From Candidatus Bathyarchaeota archaeon (GTDB taxonomy: Archaea; Thermoproteota; Bathyarchaeia; Bathyarchaeales; Bathycorpusculaceae), in assembly GCA_963768425.1 (NCBI GenBank), contig CAVYHV010000014.1, positions 256,001-320,000 on the forward strand: a stretch of DNA of 64,000 bases. The letters run 5' to 3'. Below the pieces are notes generated by a model. The model was not told where the DNA came from, did not search any database, and saw only the letters and a program-made list of their open reading frames with translations. This document shows, piece by piece, positions 20,692-30,432 of this stretch (position 1 is its first letter; each line of letters begins with the position of its first letter). The position numbers and the translations under genes are program-made.

Positions 20692-22328
20692 GAGAGTGTG
20701 TGAAAAGTCTCTTTCTTTGCGGCTATTTACCGTTAACCTTAAATCTAGACTGGCTTTAGAGCAACAGAAAGAGCTGAAAAGCCATGAGCGAACACGTGAC
20801 AGGCCATTACAGAAAGCAATCAGTTCTCTTCCCAAACATTCTCGACGATTACGTCGACAAAGAGAACCCAGTACGATTCATTGACGCTTTTATAGATAGC
20901 CTCAACTTAGCGAAGCTCGGATTCAAACACTCAGTACTCGCAGACACAGGCAGACCATCGTATGATCCCTTAGACCTTCTCAAGCTCTACGTTTATGGAT
21001 ACCTCAACCAGGTGAGATCAAGCCGAAAATTGGAAAAAGAATGCCACCGCAACGTCGAAGTCATGTGGCTCATGAAAAAGCTTGCTCCCGACTTCAAAAC
21101 CATCGCCGACTTCAGAAAAAACAACGTCGACTGCATCAAAGGCGTATTCAAAGAATTCGTTTACCTCTGCAGAAGATTGGATCTTTACGGTGCTCAACTG
21201 GTAGCTATTGATGGAACCAAATTCAAAGCGGTCAATTCCAAGAGCAATAACCTCAACGAAAAAACGGTCGCTTTGAAGCTCAAACAAACAGAAGAAAAGA
21301 TAGCGGAGTACCTCAAAGAAATGGACCAAAACGATACAGCCGATTCATCTGAAGATGAAAGCGTCAATGCCGAAGAGCTCAAGGAGAAAATATGCAAGCT
21401 TGAAGAAGAAAAGCAACGATACGAGCAGATTCAAGATCAAATGGAAGCAACAGGCCAGAAGGAGGTTTCACTTGTGGATCCAGATAGCCGTTTGATGCGG
21501 GTAGATAGTCAAAGGCTGGATGTCTGCTACAACATTCAGACGTCTGTGGATGCGAAGCAGCATTTAATCGTGGATTACGATGTTATCAACAATTCGACTG
21601 ATCATCACCAGCTAGCGACTGATGCTAAGGCTGCGAAACAGGTGCTTGGCGTTGATCAGCTGGAAGTTTTGAGTGACAAAGGATTCTACGTCGCAAATGA
21701 CCTCGTTGAATGTGAGGAAGCTGGGATAACGGTGTTTATGCCGATTCCAGCTTTTAATCCTACTAAGAATGTCGGAGTGCCTGAGCGAGATTTTTGCTCT
21801 GGCAAGTTTGTCTATAATGTTAAGCGAGATGCGTATGTTTGTCCTGGCGGGGCTGAGTTGGAGCTTTTGAGGCGTAGTTATCGAGGAAAAGAGCAATGTT
21901 GGGGTGGTCTTTATGGGACGAAATTCTGTCTCTCTTGTTCTATGAGGAGTAGATGCACCAGAAACAAGCGTGGCAGACGCATGTTCAGGCCGGAATATCA
22001 AGACACTGTGGATAGGTTGAAGGCGAGAATTAGCAGTTCTGTTGGAAGAGCGAAGCTTCGTTTGAGGCGGGAAATAGTGGAGCATCCGTTTGGAACTATT
22101 AAGCGAGCGTTCAATCAAGGTTATTTGCTTTTGAAAGGGTTACGGAAGGTTAGGGGAGAAGTGGGATTTACTATGCTGGCTTATAATCTTAGAAGGGTGA
22201 TTAATATTTTTGGAGTTGGGACGCTAATGGATTTGATTAAGCCGTAAAAAAGTTGTTAAGAACAAACGTATCAAAGAGCTTGGGTAGGCAAATAATGAGG
22301 TTTTGGCTGTAAGTTTTGACACACTCTG
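20692..22328 (+). mobile_element. IS1182-family insertion sequence (1637 bp)
   Basis: Imperfect TIRs GAGAGTGTGTGAAAAGT / CAGAGTGTGTCAAAACT; 4-bp TSD AGTC at 20688-20691 and 22329-22332. Confidence 0.92.
20784..22247 (+). CDS. IS1182-family DDE transposase
   Basis: GRPSYDP, SSRKLE, PDFKTIADFR, AIDGTK, DKGF, VEHPFGTIK. Confidence 0.95.
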   Translation: MSEHVTGHYRKQSVLFPNILDDYVDKENPVRFIDAFIDSLNLAKLGFKHSVLADTGRPSYDPLDLLKLYVYGYLNQVRSSRKLEKECHRNVEVMWLMKKLAPDFKTIADFRKNNVDCIKGVFKEFVYLCRRLDLYGAQLVAIDGTKFKAVNSKSNNLNEKTVALKLKQTEEKIAEYLKEMDQNDTADSSEDESVNAEELKEKICKLEEEKQRYEQIQDQMEATGQKEVSLVDPDSRLMRVDSQRLDVCYNIQTSVDAKQHLIVDYDVINNSTDHHQLATDAKAAKQVLGVDQLEVLSDKGFYVANDLVECEEAGITVFMPIPAFNPTKNVGVPERDFCSGKFVYNVKRDAYVCPGGAELELLRRSYRGKEQCWGGLYGTKFCLSCSMRSRCTRNKRGRRMFRPEYQDTVDRLKARISSSVGRAKLRLRREIVEHPFGTIKRAFNQGYLLLKGLRKVRGEVGFTMLAYNLRRVINIFGVGTLMDLIKP

Positions 22329-22926
22329 AGTCAGGTTCAAGCCAATCTAAAATGTCACTGTGACAGCTGACAGCTATGAATTGCTTACCCGAATGTTTCC
22401 TTACAGCTTTGCTCACAGCTAGAGATCCTATTTGAGCAACGGTTCGGTCAACTGTTGAAGTGAATTCGTCGAAAACGATAAGGTTCTGAGGCAGGCAAAG
22501 CGCCATGGCTATGTCTACACGCATTTTTTGCCCCTGGCTCAAAACTGAGTAACTCTTCAACCAGGAAGGCGGTTCACTAAAGCCGCTGCTGCAAAGAGCA
22601 GAATCAATCTCTGTGGCGCTTAAGTTTTCGGGAAAATCATCCAAAAAAGAAGCCGATTTGTAACGGTCCTTTAAGTCAGCGTAATAAGCCCCTGGCCAAC
22701 AGTGCTTAGCTATACTTGTTTTGCCGCTGCCGCTTGAACCCACTATCGCGCCTATTTGCCACTGTAGGCCTTCAATCGGTATGTTTCCCCGGATGTGTTT
22801 TTCCAGCTTCACCTCTTTCAGATCATAAGTTCCTATGACACTCTGCACCCGGAAGGTTTCAGGAGCAAACCAAGTATGCGTAAAATCAAAGGACGGCACT
22901 ATAGATTCAGCACCTTCACTTTCCAA
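22329..22926 (-). CDS. N-terminal ABC-type ATPase of the IS-interrupted ABC/GNAT gene
   Basis: GSSGSGKT, LSQGQ signature, FDEF, SCH; WLEPD continues as WVY once the IS is removed. Confidence 0.85.
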
Positions 22927-23471
22927 CCCTTAGCAGATAACTCATCAAACCGCTGCTTCTGTTCAGACTCATCCTTGCAGTCAATAATGAGCTCCCAGGT
23001 CTCGGGAACAATCATACTGCCGCCCCCTTCATGCAATTCTCCAGGCAACTTCTCACCGATCGCAGCCAACAAAGACTCAAGATCGTCCTTGGCGCCCATA
23101 TCGATAATCTTGAAGTCCTCAGATTCATCCATTTTCCGGTTATGCTTACCCTTCAACTTGTTAGTGATCTGGCGAAGCATACGCCTATCAACATCAGACA
23201 GCTTAAGACGTAGCACCGGAGCAAAATATTCTCCGTGATTCTTGCAGACATCAACACGTTGCTCGCCATCCGCGAAAACGCCGTCTCTATCGGCAACTAC
23301 AGGATAAACCCAGCCGAATTTCTGAAGGCTGCGCCAAATTTGCTCCTGCTGCTTCAATGTCATCTTATTCGGATTCTGCTCATCAGATTTCAATAGACGA
23401 ATGTCTGCAATCAGAGGCAAATACGCCTCCGGAACTTCAATTGTTGTCTTCTCTTTAGTGCCCTGAGCCAT
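22899..23471 (-). CDS. ParB/Srx-like N-terminal domain protein
   Basis: NPNKM...SLQKFGWVYPVV...DGEQR; C-terminal C..E.EQ motif of phage ParB-like proteins. Confidence 0.75.
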   Translation of the reverse strand: MAQGTKEKTTIEVPEAYLPLIADIRLLKSDEQNPNKMTLKQQEQIWRSLQKFGWVYPVVADRDGVFADGEQRVDVCKNHGEYFAPVLRLKLSDVDRRMLRQITNKLKGKHNRKMDESEDFKIIDMGAKDDLESLLAAIGEKLPGELHEGGGSMIVPETWELIIDCKDESEQKQRFDELSAKGWKVKVLNL

Positions 23472-23681
23472 GCTTTTAGTAACGACCCTTAAGGTTGGTC
23501 AACCTAAGGGAAAAAACAGCAAGACCGCAACCTGGGCAGATAGAGCCTTACCGCTTTCCCCAGGTTGCTAAATACACGAAGGGATATCAATAAATTACTT
23601 ATAAGATTTGCTGAAAAGCAAAATAACTTTAAAAACAAATTTTTTTTAAAAAAAAAGGAAATTTTGGAGCTTTCGACTCGG

Positions 23682-24386
23682 CTATGGTCGGAGAGCCTCT
23701 TCCAAATTCGCGATTAAACGCAGCACATCTGCAGTTTCCGCTTCTGCCTCAATTTTGTAAATCTTTTTATAGAATTCACTTGGTTCGTCAACTGAAATCT
23801 GAAATGCGGCACCCTCCATTTGTCTTAACAAACGTGCAATGTCTGAAGTGGAGTAATCTTTGCCAAGTTTGTTGAAGTCGGGTTTCAGCACGAAAACGGT
23901 CCTTAGCAGTACTGGGTGTATTTCAGCTTGAAAATCTTTCTTTTCGAAGATTTCAGTACTTTTCTCCAAAAAATGAACATATTTTTCATTGAGAAAACTT
24001 TTTTGATCTATATTCAGCTTTGCTTTTAAGGTTGTACTGTAATACCAGCTCTCAATATTATTACCAATTCTCTCAAACAAGCTTTCTTTGTCAATTTCAT
24101 CTATTATTTCCTCTACTAACTTTTTCGCTATTTCGGTCTTTCCTATGATATCAGCTTGAATACCTCTCTCGCCTATTTCGAGCTGGACAATGGTTCCCGT
24201 CTCGCTTTTGAAGTTAAATTTGCCACCACAAAGCGTTATTGTATAATCTATGTTTTCTGGTACATTCATTTCTGAGAAGCTGTACTTCTCTTTGATCCGA
24301 TCTAGTACGCCAGATTTTGACACGTATTCTTTGTTTATTAGGTCTGTTGTTGTTCTGACTATTACTCTGCCTAGAAATACTTCCAA
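23682..24386 (-). CDS. Hypothetical protein
   Basis: 234-aa AT-rich ORF directly downstream of the ArsR-like gene. Confidence 0.65.
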   Translation of the reverse strand: MEVFLGRVIVRTTTDLINKEYVSKSGVLDRIKEKYSFSEMNVPENIDYTITLCGGKFNFKSETGTIVQLEIGERGIQADIIGKTEIAKKLVEEIIDEIDKESLFERIGNNIESWYYSTTLKAKLNIDQKSFLNEKYVHFLEKSTEIFEKKDFQAEIHPVLLRTVFVLKPDFNKLGKDYSTSDIARLLRQMEGAAFQISVDEPSEFYKKIYKIEAEAETADVLRLIANLEEALRP

Positions 24387-24397
24387 TTATTTCCATT

Positions 24398-25235
24398 TTA
24401 TTTCTCACCTTTCTTCTGAGTGATCACTAGACAACTGGTAGAAACAGGCTTAGCCATAAGAGGGTATTTAAAATATTTAGCCTTTAGAGAGTCTGAGAAA
24501 TGCCTGGATCTCAAAGGCAGAGTTGAACATTTGGATCTACGTCCGGTTAAACTGCCGATTCGTATCCTCTCATTTTGGTAACGTTGTAGCTGATCCAAAA
24601 CAATATTTAAGTGAGCTTTTTCGTCTTCGATTCTTGGTTTATAACCAAGATTCATCAATTCTCGCATGACTGCTTCTTTGAAATAGGTTTTGCCCACACC
24701 CATAGCGTCGCTGATAAGAAATACATTTTCACTTAAATCAATTGCAGCATCGGCTCCATGGCTCTTGCTCTTACCCTTAGCCTGGACGTAAACTATATTT
24801 TCACCCCAACCAACAGCGTCCTTTTCTTCAATTTCCGGCTCACTTGAAATAAATTCTGCAAATGCTTTAGGGTAACTAGGATTCATTGCCAAGCTAATTG
24901 CGTCCTCGATCTTTGGAGTGATGTCAAGGCTATGAAAAATATTTCTTATCAACGAGATTCCAAAGCCAGTAACGGCGTAAAATGAGTATTCCTCAGATTC
25001 TTTCTTTTTTGTGTAATAATTTTCAATTATGCCAGTTTCACTTAATATACGTAAATGATGTGAAAGCGTACTTGATTTTTCGCCTGTGCCTAGGCAAAGT
25101 TGCGAAAAAGAAAGCTCTCCTTTTTGCATCAAACCAGCTACTGAGCTAAGCGGGTGTCATCTCCTAGGCCTTAATAGCGGCTCTTAGTTCTTTGGGGATC
25201 TCGTTAACGTATTCGTAAAACTCTTTATACCCCAC
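24398..25235 (-). CDS. ArsR-like winged-HTH protein (N-terminus frameshifted at ~25140-25170)
   Basis: ELSFSQL...TLSHHLRILSETGII...Y.VT.FG; upstream frame IPKELRAAIK. Confidence 0.7.
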
Positions 25236-25267
25236 TTTTTCCAACTCGCATCCCTCTTTTTTTTATA

Positions 25268-25296
25268 GACTTAAGTCAATTTTTTTCGACTTAAGT
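25268..25296. promoter_or_regulatory. Tandem palindromic operator-like sites GACTTAAGT(C)
   Basis: Copies at 25268 and 25288 (20-bp spacing), next to the minus-strand TTTATAT of the ArsR-like gene. Confidence 0.55.
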
Positions 25297-25356
25297 AGAT
25301 ATAAAATTACATATAAGCTTTATGCCAAACGCGGGTATATACTTGTTGGTGAACCG

Positions 25357-25890
25357 TTGAGTAGATGGACCAGTTTTGTTGGCAGTTGGATCCAAGGCTT
25401 TCATACCTACAAACCAATAATGGAAATAACAATATATGGTTCATATTTTCCTCAAAAGGAAAAAGATTTCTTAATTCGATTGAAAGAAGCCCTTATTTCT
25501 GAGGGTTACACTTCAACTCGCATTGTAGAAGACCGCCCAAGCAATGGCCTTGATGAATTCCAAGCCAGCAAGGCAAGTCTCGAATTTTCGGACATTAACT
25601 TCTTGGTGTTTACTTTTGGTGGAAAGCGACTAGGAGTAGTAAGAGAACTGGCGCATTGCACCAGCTCGATCACGATGACTGACCGACGCTGGAGATGCGT
25701 TCTCTGCTACGAGGTCAAAGGCAATCGTTCAGCGCTGCCGCCTCTGAGCACAAAAGAAGTTGAAAAACTTCACATGTCAAAAATTAGACAGATTCAATTT
25801 AGCGACGAAACGCAATTACAAAAAGCTATGATAGGTATTTCCTGGAAATACCTCAACGATTTGGCGGAGGAACTTCGCTCCAGAAGATGA
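25357..25890 (+). CDS. TIR/NDT-like Rossmannoid protein (start probably ~25420)
   Basis: IYGSY...LKEALISEGY...SDINFLVF...GVVREL (conserved Glu position). Confidence 0.55.
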   Translation: MSRWTSFVGSWIQGFHTYKPIMEITIYGSYFPQKEKDFLIRLKEALISEGYTSTRIVEDRPSNGLDEFQASKASLEFSDINFLVFTFGGKRLGVVRELAHCTSSITMTDRRWRCVLCYEVKGNRSALPPLSTKEVEKLHMSKIRQIQFSDETQLQKAMIGISWKYLNDLAEELRSRR

Positions 25891-25930
25891 TGCAAATAAC
25901 AAAAAAAGAAGGAATAAAATGTCCCTTGGA

Positions 25931-27124
25931 TTAGCTGTTACGTTCATCACCTTCAATATCCCCATGCGTGCGCGTTTTTGCAGCGTATTTAATTTCATCA
26001 ATGTAGCTGTCTAACGAGACATTATCAGCTGATGACACTTTTGTTAAATGCCTTTCTTTCATTAGTTTTAGAATTTTCTCAATTAATAAAAGCAATGAAT
26101 CCCTTGCTTGACGAGTTTCAGGTGGTTTGCATTGTGGCATATTTCCATGTGCTATTGCGGATCTATCATCGTATAAGGTTTTAAATGTTTTAACCGTCTC
26201 TAACCTTCCAGCGAGGTCATCGCTTAAAAGAAACGCGGCTTTTTCAGAAAATTTCCATCTCAGCACATTCTTTTCTCCTTCGCCAATAAGTAAATTCTCG
26301 ATGGCCGCCACATAATAAAAGAGCTCTTGGTCTTCTGATGAAAAATTTCTCCCAATTCTGTAGAAATGAAGAGCATTAAGTATTCTTTTCTCTAAATCAC
26401 AGGAAGGATTGACCACAAGTTTACTCAGCCTATCGATTAGTTCTTGCTCGACTTTATCAAAATGATATATGTCAAGCTCAACTCCTAACGGAGTAAACGA
26501 TACCGTACGTTCACTGGATATTTTCGAGATAACGTATTGAGGTAACGTAAGCTTAATGTGGGGACGCAGAATTCGCAGTATATCTACCGAGGCTTCGGCT
26601 TTTTGGAGTGCTTTTTGCTGAATAATAAAATTACCCATCCCTGACTCGCTAACTTTGAGCCAGTAGCCAACGTTTGGATCTTTTGGCACGACCATCTCTT
26701 GGAGGAAGGAGGTTTGGATTCTCTCTCGGTCAGTTTTTACTTTTCCAACTCTTCCGTTGGCCAATCCCACGGCAAAGTTTTTCACAAGTATTGGAAGGGC
26801 TTCAAAATTCTGTAATTTACCGTGACCTATCTTGTAATTATTGGGAAATCCAAGTAATTGCGGCAACTGAAAATAAAAATAAGTTTCTTTGTTTTTCAAA
26901 ATCTTATCAATTGATGTTTGAAAGTCTAACTCAGATTGTATGTCGTACTGCAAGTGAAATAACAGGAAAGATAACTCCATTGGATCAATAATATGATCCA
27001 ATTTGAGAGCAGTTACTTGTTGCTCTATTTTGTATAGAGCTTCATTGTACATAGATGGGTTATCTTTAAACTGATAAACAGAATAGCACTCTTTCTTTAG
27101 CTCATCAATCTTTTTTGATGACAT
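25931..27124 (-). CDS. ApeA-like HEPN domain protein
   Basis: AAIENLL and LYDDRSAIAHG (RxxxxH). Confidence 0.8.
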   Translation of the reverse strand: MSSKKIDELKKECYSVYQFKDNPSMYNEALYKIEQQVTALKLDHIIDPMELSFLLFHLQYDIQSELDFQTSIDKILKNKETYFYFQLPQLLGFPNNYKIGHGKLQNFEALPILVKNFAVGLANGRVGKVKTDRERIQTSFLQEMVVPKDPNVGYWLKVSESGMGNFIIQQKALQKAEASVDILRILRPHIKLTLPQYVISKISSERTVSFTPLGVELDIYHFDKVEQELIDRLSKLVVNPSCDLEKRILNALHFYRIGRNFSSEDQELFYYVAAIENLLIGEGEKNVLRWKFSEKAAFLLSDDLAGRLETVKTFKTLYDDRSAIAHGNMPQCKPPETRQARDSLLLLIEKILKLMKERHLTKVSSADNVSLDSYIDEIKYAAKTRTHGDIEGDERNS

Positions 27125-27272
27125 AAAAGAATCTTATCGACACTGAAACTCTTTTAATTTACGCTATAATTTGACTACGAGAAACAATTGGACCCCCTTA
27201 GATTCGGCTTGGAAACATCGAATGGTCTACATTGTGAGTTTCGAAAAAGTGCCTACATCTAAGCAACTAACA

Positions 27273-27803
27273 CTAACCTAAATCTTCCTTTCTCGCACTA
27301 TATGACTCCACTGCGAAACCTGTGAGTGCCCAATGCCACCCTCTCTGCTCCGCAATGTGCTCTCCAAATTCCTTATCGAGCCGCTTATTCATTCTCAAGA
27401 TCCGTCGACTAATTTGGTATCGTGTAACCTTGAATCGGGCGAGCTTCGCAGCTAAGTCTTTTGGTAACAAACCTGGAGAGCCTGCTTCAAAAAGAAGTCG
27501 CAGAATTTCTTGGTCAGCCTCATCTTTACAAGCCACACGTTCAATTAGTGACTGCTCAAAATTGAAAGAATCTTTTAGGCCAGCAAAGATAGTGCGTAGC
27601 ATAAGCTTAACCTCTTCAACTTCTGCCAAGGTTTGCTTGAGAAGTTGCTGATTATACTTCAAACGGCCAATCTTATCGCTTTGACTGCGCTTCTTTTTGG
27701 CACTTTGAACAGGTTTTTCGGCACTTTCCACATCAGAATGCACACTCCAAGAATTCTTGTCCATCAACTGATGGCAAAACTGACAATGGGTAGTCAGGAC
27801 CAA
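27273..27803 (-). CDS. Hypothetical winged-helix DNA-binding protein
   Basis: ILRLL...LPKDLA...RYQISRRI..MN...GWHWALT. Confidence 0.6.
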   Translation of the reverse strand: MVLTTHCQFCHQLMDKNSWSVHSDVESAEKPVQSAKKKRSQSDKIGRLKYNQQLLKQTLAEVEEVKLMLRTIFAGLKDSFNFEQSLIERVACKDEADQEILRLLFEAGSPGLLPKDLAAKLARFKVTRYQISRRILRMNKRLDKEFGEHIAEQRGWHWALTGFAVESYSARKEDLG

Positions 27804-27921
27804 CTAATTGCAGAAAAGACACTTCCGAAAAGCATGGACTTTTCCCATGCATTAAGCTATGTACGAAAATTGCTTTTGAACATGTTTTAACAGCTATTAA
27901 TGCGATACCGCTTGCAAAAGG

Positions 27922-28886
27922 TCATGCGTCTATGAGACATACCTTTTGCCTCCCTCTGCCGAAGTCTTCAGCTGGTTCTTTGTTATTTTCAAAATCCACA
28001 AGCTTACCCAAAGCATCCGCAACCTTTGCTATACTCAAACCCATCTTCTCAAGCTTCTCGAGGCTGCAAGAAATCTTTGCTAAATCAGTTAGGACATTGT
28101 CCACTTGGCCCTCCAGCTTTTTCACGCGCTCAGGCATAAGCAAATACTCAACTGCTGCATCCCGACCCACATGATCAAGCTCGCCCTCATCTTCCCCAGG
28201 ACTGTCATCAATAACTCGTTTTGGAGTGCTCACCGTAAAATAACGATTCAGTAGATTTGCCACCGGATCATCAACACCTAGCTCGTGACGCTTGTTAATC
28301 TGGCCGTCACCCAACACGCAACCGTATTTGCTCATCAAACCCTTAGCGACCCGATCAGCCAAATTCTTAGCCAAAGTCACCAACTCCCCAGGACTACGAC
28401 CATAAAGCGTTTCGACATGAACAATCCAAGAAGTAGTCGTATGACGCACTTTCACACCCTGCTCCAAGCCCTAAAAGTGCAGTCCAATTCACCATCTCAA
28501 TTCTCCGAAAATCTCCAGCAGGATAAACCCCCTCACGCAAAACGGGAAACTTGAAGAAGCAACGATGCAAGCCGAAACACTCCGCTGCTGAACAGCACGC
28601 CCTCACATGATATGAGAAAGTTTTGACCTTGCTCTGTTAACTCATAGTCTACAAAGTTGCTGCGCTTTAACCTGTGAATTAAGCCCGCCTTCTCAAGCTT
28701 CTTTACGTAGTAGGCAACGTGCTGTTTCTTCCATCCACGTACACGCCCGATCTTGGCAGGATACATCTTAACCTCAATTCCTTTCAGAATGGGTAGGACG
28801 CGGGTGCGAACGGTAGAGAAGTCAAATTTGACTTTTGACTTTGAAGGCGAAATATTTTGACTTCTATCGTCCAGTTTGCTCTTCAA
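27922..28886 (-). CDS. wHTH + unknown domain protein (two frameshifts, ~28555 and ~28465); candidate replication protein
   Basis: MarR-like HTH, then LHRCFFKFPVL, then HELGVDDP...IDDSPG..GELD and a coiled coil across three ORFs. Confidence 0.6.
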
Positions 28887-28899
28887 AAAAACGGCTCCT

Positions 28900-29202
28900 C
28901 TAAGGTTGCTTCCTTGACTTTTGAAGCTCTCTTAATCTTTCATCCCTGGATGGGCAAGACGCATATGCTTTAGGATCCGCGAAAAGAAAACAGCAGCTGC
29001 CTAGACTGCAAAGCCTGCCTGTTGAGCCTTCCCAAATCAAAGCACCAACAAACTCACAGCTACCGACGGGCGCAGGAGCATCTGAAACAATATGAGCTTT
29101 GATCTCAGGTTGAGAGTCTTTAGGCTTCCAAAAAGGCTGCCATCTATTCACAGTCTCAGATGGATAATCAGACAAACTGTAATCTTCAGCCAAGGTAACC
29201 AC
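28900..29202 (-). CDS. Hypothetical Cys-containing protein
   Basis: Tightly packed in the backbone operon. Confidence 0.5.
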   Translation of the reverse strand: MVTLAEDYSLSDYPSETVNRWQPFWKPKDSQPEIKAHIVSDAPAPVGSCEFVGALIWEGSTGRLCSLGSCCFLFADPKAYASCPSRDERLRELQKSRKQP

Positions 29203-29343
29203 CCGCTCTTAGCCAGAAGGCAGCAAAGTTCCTGGCTTCAAACTGATTTCTCCAACACTGCAAACTATGATCAGGGCGGCAAAGCAGATCAACCCGCAAG
29301 CAATTGTTGGGCAGCCAACGCAAGGGTTAACCTTTAAGCCCTT

Positions 29344-29490
29344 CATGAGGAAGCCTCCGTTTCAATTTCATGAAAAGCACGCTTCGTGACTTCCTCAAGC
29401 TCATGAAAATTAGCATCAAAATTAAGAGCTAAACCGCCAAGGAAAATCCGCATCATAACTGTAGCAGCCTCAATCTGTTTCCGATTCAAC
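29344..29490 (-). CDS. Small hypothetical protein (48 aa)
   Basis: TTG start after GGAGGGT; MNRKQIEAATVMMRIFLGG... Confidence 0.45.
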
Positions 29491-29586
29491 TAAGAACCCT
29501 CCTAGCTGCTACAACAAAAAAGAAAAAAGGGAAGGAAGCTACGGAGAAACGAGACGAAGATGGCGATACATCGCCAAGAGATGGGA

Positions 29587-29609
29587 GTTCAAGTCCCACC
29601 CCGGCACCA
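29587..29609 (+). repeat. attR-like copy of the tRNA-Leu 3' end
   Basis: GTTCAAGTCCCACCCCGGCACCA. Confidence 0.9.
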
Positions 29610-29652
29610 CTATGGTAAAACATACGGAGGGTTTACGAAGGGTGATTCTGTA

Positions 29653-29724
29653 TCAGAATTTTCGTTTTCTGAATAGTTTGTGTCAGTCGAAATCGCAGAC
29701 AAAGTCAAAACCTGCGTCTACTAT
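29653..29724 (-). pseudogene. Integrase C-terminal relic 1
   Basis: IVDAGFDFVCDFD*HKLFRKRKF versus the intact IEAGFEFVCDFEGHKLFRKRK. Confidence 0.85.
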
Positions 29725-29922
29725 CTCAAACTCTAAGCCGATAATTTCGTATCCTGCAACATAGACCTTCCAAGATGTTGCTGTCATATATTATCAGGCA
29801 TCGAAAAACCGCTAACTTGAGGGGTACCGCCCTATAGGTACCTGTGTACCTAAGGTTTGGTCCAGAAAGTTTGACTAATCCAGTCAAGAAAGTTTTACGA
29901 ACAGCCTTTTATAGTATGGAGT

Positions 29923-30432
29923 TTGCTTAAAGTTGCTATGAATAGAAGAAACAAGCATTTAGCCTTGATTGGTTTAGTGTTTGCAATGGCAGCAGTTATC
30001 ATGGTTATTATTTTCGTTCCACCCTTACTTGAAGCTTCAGCATCCAACAATTTTGAATCTAAAATTCTGCCATATTTATCGGGAATAGACGGTTGGGATG
30101 GAGACAACATATATTTCACTTACTACAATAGCACTCATTACCCGACGACTTCACCTTACAACGAAGTGAATAATTATACTCCCACTCATTATTTGACATC
30201 CTCTGAAATCGCCATTCTAAATAATTATACTCAGGTTTCTCCATCATCATTTCTGAATTATCTCAAAAATGCCACTAACACTATAGGAGGAGCTACAGAC
30301 TATGGAAGAGATAGGTTCCTTCTCAACATGACAAGAGTTGAAAACAGTTTCTATATGCAATATGTTAATTATGATTATGGAGGATTTGGAGGCTTTCCTT
30401 CTATCAATGTTCGATGCGTCATACATTATTAA
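29923..30432 (+). CDS. Membrane-anchored or secreted hypothetical protein
   Basis: N-terminal TM helix; Asn/Tyr/Thr-rich. Confidence 0.65.
   Translation: MLKVAMNRRNKHLALIGLVFAMAAVIMVIIFVPPLLEASASNNFESKILPYLSGIDGWDGDNIYFTYYNSTHYPTTSPYNEVNNYTPTHYLTSSEIAILNNYTQVSPSSFLNYLKNATNTIGGATDYGRDRFLLNMTRVENSFYMQYVNYDYGGFGGFPSINVRCVIHY

Larger units (their letters stand above)
4331..29609. mobile_element. Integrative element (plasmid- or provirus-like, ~25.3 kb) at tRNA-Leu
   Basis: tRNA 3' end GTTCAAGTCCCACCCCCGGCACCA is repeated at 29587-29609 (one C fewer); integrase lies next to the tRNA; backbone genes co-oriented on the minus strand. Confidence 0.85.

Noticed and set aside
22237-22926. ABC transporter
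   Set aside because: No permease or binding protein nearby; the ORF tail is read-through into the IS and the true continuation is the GNAT.
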